IMG/VR virus record: IMGVR_UViG_3300050821_006606
Span: 2,960-66,959 of that record
DNA from: a virus
Reading direction: 5' to 3' (one strand)
DNA: 64,000 nucleotides
The notes below the pieces were generated by a model. The model had not been told where the DNA came from. It did not search any database and was given only the letters and a program-made list of their open reading frames with translations. This document shows positions 1 to 8,962 of this stretch, piece after piece; position 1 is the stretch's first letter, and every line of letters begins with the position of its first letter. Position numbers and translations under genes: made by a program.

Positions 1-447
1 GATACTCACACCCAGGCGACCGACACCGGACTGAGCTTCCTGGCTGAAGATATCGCCACCGACGACCTTGGATTCGAAATAATAGTTTCCCGAATTATAC
101 CCATCGAGCGTTTGGACCAGCCCGTTGGTCACCGGATTGGCGACGGACAGATTGCCGCCCGAGAGGGAGACAGATCCTTGGATGGTCGAAGGATCGAATG
201 TGGTGAAACCACCTCCGGAATGCGGCCAACCCGCCGTATAGCCGGCGGGAACGGAATAAGCGAACGATGACGCGCCGAAGTTGAATGTCTGGCTGATATC
301 ACCAGTGCCACCGGCTGTCGGATACATCGTATCACCGAGAGTGGCCGATATATCAATTCCACCGACCAGCGTCGTGGGATTGGCTGAGGAATTGTTGTTC
401 CATATCCCACCGTTTTGGCGGAACCAGATGTAGGATTTCGCGGTCAT
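1..447 (-). CDS. Putative tail/virion protein with SPRY/ConA-like segment (runs off window start)
   Basis: ATG at 447 right after the gp10-like stop; manual translation MTAKSYIWFRQNGGIWNN...TFNFGASSFAYSVPAGY...GNYYFE resembles SPRY-like phage tail modules; frame open to base 1. Confidence 0.6.
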   Translation of the reverse strand, partial: MTAKSYIWFRQNGGIWNNNSSANPTTLVGGIDISATLGDTMYPTAGGTGDISQTFNFGASSFAYSVPAGYTAGWPHSGGGFTTFDPSTIQGSVSLSGGNLSVANPVTNGLVQTLDGYNSGNYYFESKVVGGDIFSQEAQSGVGRLGVSI

Positions 448-448
448 C

Positions 449-2761
449 TCAGGTCACCGACTTCAGATGCCAGGGTTGGGTAGCGGACGCCGCGATCGGA
501 TTGGTCGATGACCAGGTGAGTGAAACGGCAGTCAATTGCTGTTCTACCAGAGCGCCGCTGATGATGGTGTTCGCCCAGACCTGGATTTGGTTAGTGGCGG
601 TATCGACTGAAATCAACAAATTTACCCATGCTGACCATGTTGCGAAGTCATAGGTGGCACTCAGGATCGCCGCGTTGCTCGCGTCCCAGAGTTTGATGGT
701 GATCTGCGGCGACCCGTTCGTATCGTTTTGGACTTCGATGAAAACGCCCGGATTGGTCGTGCCATGGCTATCATCGGTCTGGTTGGAGAAGATCATCTCC
801 GATCCGGTGGTATCCGGGATGAATATCCATGTGCTGAAAACGAACGAAGAGAATGATAGCGGCAAGCCATTCAGCCCTGAGGCTGTCTGTAGAAGTGTCG
901 GCGGCGGATCAGTCACCGAGAGCGCCTGGTAATTCTGCGTATTGTTGACCGCCTGTGACGAAGCTTCCCATGGCGTAAACGCGTTACCCCAATGGCGGTT
1001 GAGATCGCCGTTATCGAAGGCCGCCAATTGATGCCACAATGGGTAACCAACCATGGCCGAGGCAGTCTTGTCGTAAACCCAGGTCTTGTTTGCCTGCGGG
1101 AAGGTCAGCACGTAGTAAACATGCGAGCCTTCTTGGCGGGCATAGGCGATCGCATCGCCTAGGTTAGCGTAAGTGCCGAATTCCGCCACCAGAGCCTGCG
1201 TCGAGATCGGCACCGGATTGTAGCCCGAGGCCATGACAACAACGCCTTGGCCTTGTTCATTGCGGGATAGCCAGATCAGTTCCTGGTCGGCGACCGCCAC
1301 CGAGAAGGGCGCGATGCAACCCCACTCGATATGGACGCTGGTGATCGGCCCAAAGGCGAAGTTCGCACTGCCTTCGTCGATCCAGACCTCGGTGTTGTTT
1401 TGCTTGAGGATATACGCCTCGTCATGGATCACCGCGATGCTGACGCAGAAATCAGGCGACTGATCGGCCACGCCGAAGCTCAGCGGATCCCATGTGCCGA
1501 GGTCGAGTTCATCGGATTGAGCGATTTCCTGCTGGTTCAGAAAGACCAAGAGGCCGAAGCCGTCACTGATATCGCCCTTCACCGGATTTGAAAACGGCAC
1601 GGTAATCGGCACAAGACCGACATACGAGCCGAAAGATGGCGATGTGACCACCAACCCTGAACCAGAGCCCGATGTCGATTTCTGGGTGAATTCGGACGTG
1701 GGCGAGTCGATCGCGCCGGGCTGTGTGATCGAAAACCCGGTGACAGTGCCGTTCTGGCCGATGCCGGTGACGAGATAGAGGGCATCCGTGGTGCCGCCCT
1801 GAATCACGCCGACCGCGCCGACCACATAGCCGCTGCCGCCGTTGTCGACCGTCGCTGATGAGATCGGGCCGGAAGCCGCGACAATGTTCACAGTGAAGCC
1901 CGAGCCGACATTGACCGGAATGCCCGGTTGATTGAGCGTGGCCGCGCCAACGACTGTGGCATACGCGGTGCCGGGATTGAGGATTCTGAAGCCGGTGACT
2001 GAGCCGCCGCCGCCAGTGGTCGTCACTCGATAGACAGCGTTCCGACTGCCGACGTTGATGATCCCTGTGTCGTTCACCGCATAGCCAGAACCGCCAGCGT
2101 CGACACTGGCGCTGGTGATCTGCCCATTCGCCACACTTCCGATTGTGATCGTCAGCCCATGGCCGCTGCCCGCCTGCGGCTGAATGTCCGAGACCGCGAC
2201 ATTACTCGCCGTTGTGTAAGTCGTCCCTGGATATGTCAGTTGGAACGAAGTGACCGGGCTTGATGCAAGCGAAGTGATCGTGATGACCGGATAGACTGTT
2301 TGCGTTCCCGAGACCGATTGAAGCTGAACCGTGTCACCGACCTGATAGAGACCGCCTCCGGTGGTCACAGTCCCGCCGGTCAATGGCAGGCCACCCGGGA
2401 CAATCCAGGCACCGACACCATCGACGATGCACATTTGCTTGGTATTCTGGAACATCGAGACCGGCGTGCTCTGGGCGCCAATCGTGCCCAGGAACGTCAC
2501 CACGCCAGCCGGAGTAACGCTGTAGACCCCAGAGCCGGAGACCACATAGAGCAAGCCCAGAAGCGGCAGCAGGCCCCTGATCGGCCCAGAGCCGACCGTG
2601 TAGAGCAAATCCAGCCCAGAGGCCAGGAACAGGAACCCAGGAACCTTCCCGTCCTTCGTCTCCAAAATTTCCGTTACCAAATTGATCGAAGTATTGTCCG
2701 CGGCATTCCGCGAACGCTGCGTTGAAAAGCCGCCAATGATAGGGGATTTGGCTATCGGCAT
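449..2761 (-). CDS. P22 gp10-like DNA stabilization/tail-hub protein with inserted Gly/Ser/Thr repeat module
   Basis: N-term GPIRGLL..LYVVSG, later IEWGCIAPFSVA, ISTQAL, AYARQEGSHVYYVLTFPQANKTWVYD, WH; lies downstream of gp4-like gene. Confidence 0.8.
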   Translation of the reverse strand: MPIAKSPIIGGFSTQRSRNAADNTSINLVTEILETKDGKVPGFLFLASGLDLLYTVGSGPIRGLLPLLGLLYVVSGSGVYSVTPAGVVTFLGTIGAQSTPVSMFQNTKQMCIVDGVGAWIVPGGLPLTGGTVTTGGGLYQVGDTVQLQSVSGTQTVYPVITITSLASSPVTSFQLTYPGTTYTTASNVAVSDIQPQAGSGHGLTITIGSVANGQITSASVDAGGSGYAVNDTGIINVGSRNAVYRVTTTGGGGSVTGFRILNPGTAYATVVGAATLNQPGIPVNVGSGFTVNIVAASGPISSATVDNGGSGYVVGAVGVIQGGTTDALYLVTGIGQNGTVTGFSITQPGAIDSPTSEFTQKSTSGSGSGLVVTSPSFGSYVGLVPITVPFSNPVKGDISDGFGLLVFLNQQEIAQSDELDLGTWDPLSFGVADQSPDFCVSIAVIHDEAYILKQNNTEVWIDEGSANFAFGPITSVHIEWGCIAPFSVAVADQELIWLSRNEQGQGVVVMASGYNPVPISTQALVAEFGTYANLGDAIAYARQEGSHVYYVLTFPQANKTWVYDKTASAMVGYPLWHQLAAFDNGDLNRHWGNAFTPWEASSQAVNNTQNYQALSVTDPPPTLLQTASGLNGLPLSFSSFVFSTWIFIPDTTGSEMIFSNQTDDSHGTTNPGVFIEVQNDTNGSPQITIKLWDASNAAILSATYDFATWSAWVNLLISVDTATNQIQVWANTIISGALVEQQLTAVSLTWSSTNPIAASATQPWHLKSVT

Positions 2762-3414
2762 CAGGCGCTCGACCTCTGGGGCATGACCACGACATAGCCG
2801 CGCCGCTCAAGCTCCTCAATCAACTCTTCATCTGGCGCAAAGCGCACCACATGGCCTTTGGTGCGCCGATTATCGACCTGTTGCTGAGCCGTCGCCCAAC
2901 GGCAGTTTCCAGGCTCGTAATTGCCTCGATTGTCCGGATATCGGTCGAGCGTCATCCCTTCTGGCGCCTCGCCCATATCGGCCAGAAAATTTTCGAATTT
3001 TGACCAGCGTTCGCACACCGTAATGCCACGGGAAACATAATACTTATTTGCGCCCGAGATCGATCCATTGCAACGACGGCGCATCGCCTCCCAAGAGGAA
3101 TATGTCCTGGATCGGATCACCTTGCCGTCGATATTGGCCGTATGGCCATGTTTCCGTCCGTTAGCTCCTGAGACTGGCGATTGCCGAATAGCCGTATGGC
3201 CGTGCGTTGTCCTGGCTTTGGCGATCGCCGCACCTTTGGTGCATCCACACGAGACGGATAATCCATCCCGCAATGTTCGAGCGACGACCGGGCGCTCTGT
3301 GCCACAATCGCACACACACCAATATACGCGATGTTTGTTTTTGTTCCTTTCGATTTCTCGTTCGACGTACCAACTTCCAAATTTTCTGCCGGCCAAATCC
3401 TTGAGTTCAAGCAT
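2761..3414 (-). CDS. Free-standing HNH homing endonuclease
   Basis: DLAGRKFG..WCVCDCG..SCGC..TYSSWEAMRRRC..GITVCERW..TLDR..DNRGNYEPGNCRWAT; likely start ATG 3414 (track start 3486 is upstream of the predicted promoter). Confidence 0.85.
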   Translation of the reverse strand: MLELKDLAGRKFGSWYVEREIERNKNKHRVYWCVCDCGTERPVVARTLRDGLSVSCGCTKGAAIAKARTTHGHTAIRQSPVSGANGRKHGHTANIDGKVIRSRTYSSWEAMRRRCNGSISGANKYYVSRGITVCERWSKFENFLADMGEAPEGMTLDRYPDNRGNYEPGNCRWATAQQQVDNRRTKGHVVRFAPDEELIEELERRGYVVVMPQRSSA

Positions 3415-3444
3415 CGTCTGATTTCCCACTGTGTTGCGGGAGAC

Positions 3445-3473
3445 ATTATACGAAACGCTGAGTGGAAAATCAA
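3445..3473 (-). promoter_or_regulatory. Sigma70-like promoter for the HNH gene
   Basis: Minus strand TTGATT-17 nt-TATAAT. Confidence 0.65.
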
Positions 3474-3489
3474 CAATAATAGGCATTTC

Positions 3490-4236
3490 CTAGGTATTCC
3501 GCCCGGAGCCGCGGTCCGAATAGATGTTGTAAACCTGATTTCCTCTTGAGATCAGTTCTGGATCGAAGACTGCTACTTGGGAACGCATGTTATTTCTCTT
3601 TATTGCCCCCTTTGTATTCATGGCCTCAGCAATAATCAACGGATCTATTTGGGCGCTGGTGAAGTATGGTTTCGCAATCACCGCGAGATTTGTGACAATC
3701 GCCCGCTTGTAACCCGGCGGCAGGGAAAACGGCGAATTCAACGAAGCAAAATCGCCGAGTTGTAGATAGGACATGAACGAGCACGTGTAGCCGATATTCG
3801 GCGTCGGCCAGATGTTGATGAACCCCAGAGGATATTGCGGGTCATACCAGAGATGATCGGGCAGATCGCTGTTGGCGACGGCAGTGGTCTGAATGTTCCA
3901 CGTTTGGTTGTCGACGACATCCATGCCGTAGCGGTTGAGATTGGTGTCCAGCAAATAGGCCGCGCCGGGCGCGTCGCTCACCCGAAGTGGGCGCTGACCG
4001 ACAATATCGGGATTCAACGCGGCCGGCCCTATCGAGTATCGAAACTTCCCTGGGACGAGCGTGAAAGTCTGCGTGATCCAATCGTAGCAGGCCAGACTTT
4101 CGTTCGACCACACGTCCATGAGATCATTGAGCGTCGACAGCATCCGCTCTGCATCGGCATCCGAGAGCGGGCTCCCTGGGTCATAGACGCCAAGTAGTTG
4201 CAGGCTGTCGGTGATAACATCGAGGGCTGTCGTCAT
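3490..4236 (-). CDS. P22 gp4-like head completion / head-tail adaptor protein
   Basis: MTTALDVITDSLQLLGV..LSTLNDLMDVW..LPPGYKRAIVTNLA; position between coat and gp10-like genes. Confidence 0.8.
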   Translation of the reverse strand: MTTALDVITDSLQLLGVYDPGSPLSDADAERMLSTLNDLMDVWSNESLACYDWITQTFTLVPGKFRYSIGPAALNPDIVGQRPLRVSDAPGAAYLLDTNLNRYGMDVVDNQTWNIQTTAVANSDLPDHLWYDPQYPLGFINIWPTPNIGYTCSFMSYLQLGDFASLNSPFSLPPGYKRAIVTNLAVIAKPYFTSAQIDPLIIAEAMNTKGAIKRNNMRSQVAVFDPELISRGNQVYNIYSDRGSGRNT

Positions 4237-4263
4237 CGGGTGATTCCCAGCGAAGATGGAAGC

Positions 4264-4286
4264 ACCCGCGGAGGCCCGTCGCGGTT
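4264..4286 (-). promoter_or_regulatory. Head-gene leader hairpin motif (gp4 copy)
   Basis: AACCGCG ACGGGCCTC CGCGGGT, 28 nt before ATG; near-identical architecture before scaffold and portal. Confidence 0.7.
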
Positions 4287-4310
4287 CGGATAGCTGACCT
4301 TACCGAAAGA

Positions 4311-5075
4311 TCACTCGATTTGGCCAGCCTCCTCCAGCATAGCGGCGACATCATTGCTGGCGATCGCTTCTTTCAGAGCCTTTTTGCGCGCCCACATGGC
4401 CCTCATGCGCTCGCTCACGGCTTGCCTCTGCGCGGCAGTCATCTTGAGATTGGGCTTCTTGGGTTTCTGCTGCTTGCCGGGATAGAGCGGCTTGGTGGGA
4501 ATCGATTTGTCCGCCTCCAAAGCTGCGATCTTCGCTTTGAGCATCTCGATTTCGAGTTGCTCCGGCGTCTTCTCTTCGCGCTCGGCGGCCACTTCAGTCA
4601 CGATGCGGACGCCTTCGACGATATCCTCCTTCGATGGAGCCGGAAGATCGTCCATCCGCACGCCGGCGGCGATGAGTGCCTCACGTTCTTCCTGTTCGTT
4701 GTTGACCAGCTTTCCGCCGGCCCACTTCGGATACTGGATCGGCACGTAATTGGTGATCATGGGAGATGCATCGGCGACCGCGCGAGCGAATGCTCCAGCG
4801 TCAGATTTGCCGATTGTCTGGTAGCCCTGAGATTTGTGGTATTCCTCCTGCTGCGCGTCGTGAACGAGCACGTCAGGGAAGCGAATTGACTTTCCGCCGG
4901 TGTAGATCAGGCGCCCGGTCGGCTTGCCGGTCTGCGGATCGATCACCTTGATTTCTTGATCCGGCACGCCTGGCTGAAAGCCCGGATGCTTCATGTGCTT
5001 CGGATACTCGTTGAACGTCTTCACGGGCGGAGGCTCCCGATACATTCCCTTGCCGGGCTCAAGCAGGATAGCCAT
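4311..5075 (-). CDS. Hypothetical late protein (two YPK motifs, basic C-terminus)
   Basis: Long ORF in operon; EYPKHM and QYPKW motifs. Confidence 0.65.
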   Translation of the reverse strand: MAILLEPGKGMYREPPPVKTFNEYPKHMKHPGFQPGVPDQEIKVIDPQTGKPTGRLIYTGGKSIRFPDVLVHDAQQEEYHKSQGYQTIGKSDAGAFARAVADASPMITNYVPIQYPKWAGGKLVNNEQEEREALIAAGVRMDDLPAPSKEDIVEGVRIVTEVAAEREEKTPEQLEIEMLKAKIAALEADKSIPTKPLYPGKQQKPKKPNLKMTAAQRQAVSERMRAMWARKKALKEAIASNDVAAMLEEAGQIE

Positions 5076-5250
5076 CAGGGCGACGCCTTTCTCAGCCGCT
5101 GAAGTGCAGCCCAATTAAAATCATCGGGTGTGAAGGACTTAACCACTTCAGCCGAAATAGCATCGGCCAAATCGGTATCCATCTCTTTGCCGCTATTGCG
5201 TGGGTCACACCAACCGCGTGCGACGGCTTGTCGGACTTGCTCTTCCAAAG

Positions 5251-6046
5251 TCATGTTTTCCTCCGAATAACACGGGTTAGATGGTCCCGCTGCTCCTTGG
5301 CATGAGCCTTCACGTGGCCCATGAGGTGCGGGTCTTTCTTGATTTCCTCGGCCCGCTTCAGCGTGTCAAGAGCCGACTCGGCCTTGTACCGCATCTCCTC
5401 GGCCGAGGAAGCCGTATGCATCGTTCCCGGCATTGGAGCGGGTGCCGGCGTCTTCTTTGGTGCCTCGCGCTTCCGGGTCGGTGGCGTGCGGTTCTTGATC
5501 GGCGGTTTCATGGGCGCACCTCGAACTTGGTGGGAGCACGGATCCTTAGTTTACTGGCTTCGCCTTCTGGGCTGATCAGATTAATCCAACGCGGCTCACG
5601 AAGCAGAACTTCCGTTGCATGTTTGGCGAAAGCGCCAGCAGAAGCCGCGAACATCTGTTGCATCCGCCATTGCCATTCGGTCGGAGGCCCGAACTGCTCT
5701 GCTTCCGGAGGCGCGGGATCGGGATCAATATCGTTGTTGATCAGCAATTCCCGCAGGCGCTCGATCTCGGCTTTCAGCGCGATCGGATCATCGCTCATTT
5801 ACGGGTGTAACCTTCCTCGAAAGGCTTCCGCGGCGACACAGATTTGTAGCCGTCCGGATAGAGGACCGCATATCCGCCAACCTCCGCTCGGGCCATCATC
5901 CCTAGCTCAGTTGTCTGGAAGCGCTTTTCCACGCCATCAGGCGCCACGAACAATGCGATTGGCACACCGTTCTGGCCTCCATCGATCCGGACAATCGGTG
6001 TCGCCCGCACCACTTTATGGCTCTCGTATTCAGGCCAATCGCTCAT
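5251..6046 (-). other. Three small coupled hypothetical ORFs (5251-5511, 5508-5798, 5795-6046)
   Basis: Overlapping start/stop codons; third ORF has GGYAVLYPDGYKSVSPRKPFEEGY, a common phage hypothetical motif. Confidence 0.6.
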
Positions 6047-6843
6047 TCCGCTGCCTCCGCTTGCTGTTCCGTCAACCGGACGCATTCCCCTGTGTTCCAA
6101 CAAGTTGACCGACATTCCTTAGAATAAAATCGGCATTTACCCTCTGGCGGCGCTGCTGCGGCCTTCTGGACCGGGATCGCGCTATCCCAGAGCCGGCCCT
6201 TCCATTGCTTGCGGCCAGAATGTGTGAACTCGATGCTCGGATCGACCCAGATTTCGCCACCCATCTCGCGCCAGCGGTTGCACCAATCGAAGTCTTCACC
6301 CCACCAATAGTCTGTCCCGTAGGCGCCCATGCGGAAGATTTCAGCAATCCGGATGAAGCTCCCGTCGGGAAGCGCCTGCCGATAGGTCGGGCACGCCGCC
6401 GCCATCTTCTCCATGACGTGGCGCCTGATCCGTAGGAAACCCGTCGGAACGCGCAGAGCCTTGAACAGCCCACTCTTGGTTTGGATCAGATGCCCCTGGC
6501 TTTCATCCATGACGACAGGAAATTCCAAGGTCTCCTGCTTCTTCGGATAGGCGCCGGCCACGACATCTTCCGGATCCAGCAACATGCGCAACGGCGCCTC
6601 CGGGTCAGTCCAACCGACATCATCATCGAGGAAGAAAAGATCGGTTGCTTCCGGGAATTCGCTCAGAAACTTGTGCACCAGGCGATTGCGCGCGCTCGCC
6701 AGATAGCAGTCGCCATTGATGTTGATCAGATTATGGGTGACGCCAGCCGCCGTGAGCAAATTGCTGCTCGCGAAGAAGCTATAAAGAAATTCGACGGAAA
6801 CGCTGTGCGAGACGCAGGGGATCGCGAAAACGGGCTGCATCAT
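6043..6843 (-). CDS. GT-A fold glycosyltransferase-like protein
   Basis: VFAIP..ARNRLVHKFL..TDLFFLDDDVGW (DxD)..TGFLRIRR..GEDFDWC..GGEIWVDP..HSG. Confidence 0.75.
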   Translation of the reverse strand: MMQPVFAIPCVSHSVSVEFLYSFFASSNLLTAAGVTHNLININGDCYLASARNRLVHKFLSEFPEATDLFFLDDDVGWTDPEAPLRMLLDPEDVVAGAYPKKQETLEFPVVMDESQGHLIQTKSGLFKALRVPTGFLRIRRHVMEKMAAACPTYRQALPDGSFIRIAEIFRMGAYGTDYWWGEDFDWCNRWREMGGEIWVDPSIEFTHSGRKQWKGRLWDSAIPVQKAAAAPPEGKCRFYSKECRSTCWNTGECVRLTEQQAEAAE

Positions 6844-6904
6844 CCGATTCCTTTACAATGACCAGTGAACCGCCGTTACAGCGGCTCACCGGACATTGCA
6901 AATA

Positions 6905-7984
6905 TCAGGTGCCGGAAGTCAGGCCCAACGTCGACATCGCGGCCACATCATTGCCCTTGGCGGCCGGCTGGATGGTGGTCGTCGCGTCGGTGTTGCCAGC
7001 CTGGGTCGTGAAGTAGGCGATCTGGTAGCTTTCCACCGGTGGGGTGATCGCGGCGGAAGTGTTGTTCGCGAAATTCAGCGCCAGAGTGTTCGCCGCCGAG
7101 ATGCGCGCACCAGCCAGCATAAGTCCAGTCGTGACGCTCGGCTTGGTCACGATGACCTTACCACCAGAGACCAGGCCAGTGACGGTGAAGGTCTGCTCGG
7201 CGGAGGTGTTCGCGGCGACCGAGACGGGCGTCAGGGTTTGGTTGAACACATCCATGATCGGCGCCGGCTGGAAGCCACTGGCCGAGGCGAAGGTATAAGT
7301 CTCGGCCGCCGTCGGCGTGATGGTCGAGCCAGTCAGGTTTGAGAACTGGATCGCCACCTGGTTCGTGCCCGAAGCCCGGGCATTGGTGATGATCAGACCC
7401 GCCTGCGCCGTGGGCTTGTTGACGATCACTGTCTGACCAGCGCTGACACCGGTGACGGTGAAGTACTGCTCCGACACGGTGTTGGAGGCCACTGACGCGG
7501 GCGAGAGGATCGCCGTGGTCTGCAAAGCGGCACCAATCGCGATCGTCGCCCAGACCTGGGTGGAGGTCGGAGTGATCGCTGAGCCGGTCACGTTGCCGAG
7601 AGTAAGCTGAACGGTGTTCGCCGCGGAGACCCGCGCCGTGCCGACGATAAGGCCCGCCTGCGTGGTCGGTTTCACCATCGCCACCGCATCGGTCGCAAGC
7701 ACACCGGTCACGGTGATGGACTGCTCAGCCGAGGAATTGGCCGCGACACTCGCCGGCGAGATAGAGTTGCCGTACGTGGTCACGTTCGCGACGGTCGAGA
7801 ACATATTCCCGGCGGTGCCAGGCTGGACTTCCGGCGCCTGTCCGAAAAACCCGACCTTATCGACGGCCGACTTGCCAAGAGCGGTGCCTGGGCCGCCGCT
7901 AATGCCGTTGCCGTCCGAAAGCTGCCGGACATTGGAAGTCGTGGTGACCGTGCCAACCGTTACCGGTTCATTGCTGCCGCTCAT
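6905..7984 (-). CDS. Putative capsid decoration/virion protein with three tandem beta-domains
   Basis: Three repeats of P.SVA.N...EQ..TVTG..KP...GL....R.S..N...ITP; DKVGFFG motif; downstream of coat gene. Confidence 0.6.
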   Translation of the reverse strand: MSGSNEPVTVGTVTTTSNVRQLSDGNGISGGPGTALGKSAVDKVGFFGQAPEVQPGTAGNMFSTVANVTTYGNSISPASVAANSSAEQSITVTGVLATDAVAMVKPTTQAGLIVGTARVSAANTVQLTLGNVTGSAITPTSTQVWATIAIGAALQTTAILSPASVASNTVSEQYFTVTGVSAGQTVIVNKPTAQAGLIITNARASGTNQVAIQFSNLTGSTITPTAAETYTFASASGFQPAPIMDVFNQTLTPVSVAANTSAEQTFTVTGLVSGGKVIVTKPSVTTGLMLAGARISAANTLALNFANNTSAAITPPVESYQIAYFTTQAGNTDATTTIQPAAKGNDVAAMSTLGLTSGT

Positions 7985-8364
7985 GCGAGTGCTCCTACTT
8001 CGACGGGCGTCATTGGGTAAGCGTCAGCCATCATCCAGTCACGCCGCTGTCCCTGGATAATTTGCTTGTTCACGTCGGATGCGATCTGGCGAATGGCCGC
8101 TTCGCTCATCATTGGACCGAGGAACATCACCTTCCGGGTGTTCCGCACGGTCACGCCAACCTGCCAGAGCTCGTCCTTCGGCTTCTCAGTCGTCATCTTC
8201 GCCGCGATCTCAGGTGGGATCGGAGCGCCATTGGCCTCTTCCTCCATCTGAGATCGGAGGGCCGCCTGATACGCCGCGCTGTCGGCCCGCCGGCTCAGTT
8301 CACTGACGAACTGGCCGGAGGGGCGCCGAAGGCGCTGCTCGAAGCGTCGTTGCGCGCGGTTCAT
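7981..8364 (-). CDS. Hypothetical protein (MNRAQRR N-terminus)
   Basis: GGAGG RBS, stop overlaps next start. Confidence 0.65.
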   Translation of the reverse strand: MNRAQRRFEQRLRRPSGQFVSELSRRADSAAYQAALRSQMEEEANGAPIPPEIAAKMTTEKPKDELWQVGVTVRNTRKVMFLGPMMSEAAIRQIASDVNKQIIQGQRRDWMMADAYPMTPVEVGALA

Positions 8365-8899
8365 CGCTCACCTCCAGCGAGTCGCGCTTCAGGTATTCGG
8401 TTAACCGGTCTTGCCCGATTGTTCGAAGCAAGATTTCGTAACCGCCGACCCGAACATTGCAAGCGTGGCACAACAACCCACGAACGATGCCCGTCTCGTG
8501 GCAATGATCGATCGGCCAGTTCGCAGAGTATCCGCCTGGTAGCCGCGCCTGTCGGCCATTGCTGTGCCTGTGACCATGCTCGGTGGCACCACAAAGAGCG
8601 CACGCATTGCCTTGCTCGGCCAGCAGTGTCTCGTACTGAGCGGGCGTGAGGCCGTACTTGTATTTGATGTCTGCGTTCCGCCGATGGATCGCCGCCCGCT
8701 CTGGGTTGGCTTTTTGCCATTTCGCTGAATTTGCTGCCGTCTTCGCCCGATAAGTCGGGTTGCTCGCATAGATGGCTCGCACGCGCGCTGATTCGCATGT
8801 CTTGCAAGCACCTCTGCGCCATCCCTTGGATTTGTTCGTCATCGTAAACGATGAAACTGGCAAATCCCGATGACATTTCGGGCACGCCCTGAGTTCCAT
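8300..8899 (-). CDS. Endonuclease VII-like free-standing homing endonuclease
   Basis: CPKC..CKTC; KYGLTPAQYETLLAEQGNACALC..IDHCHETGIVRGLLCHACN. Confidence 0.85.
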   Translation of the reverse strand: MELRACPKCHRDLPVSSFTMTNKSKGWRRGACKTCESARVRAIYASNPTYRAKTAANSAKWQKANPERAAIHRRNADIKYKYGLTPAQYETLLAEQGNACALCGATEHGHRHSNGRQARLPGGYSANWPIDHCHETGIVRGLLCHACNVRVGGYEILLRTIGQDRLTEYLKRDSLEVSDEPRATTLRAAPSAPLRPVRQ

Positions 8900-8962
8900 A
8901 TACTTCCCCCACTCGAAAAATCGCAGGGGAAGTATAAACAGAGCGGATAGGGATGTCGCGCA

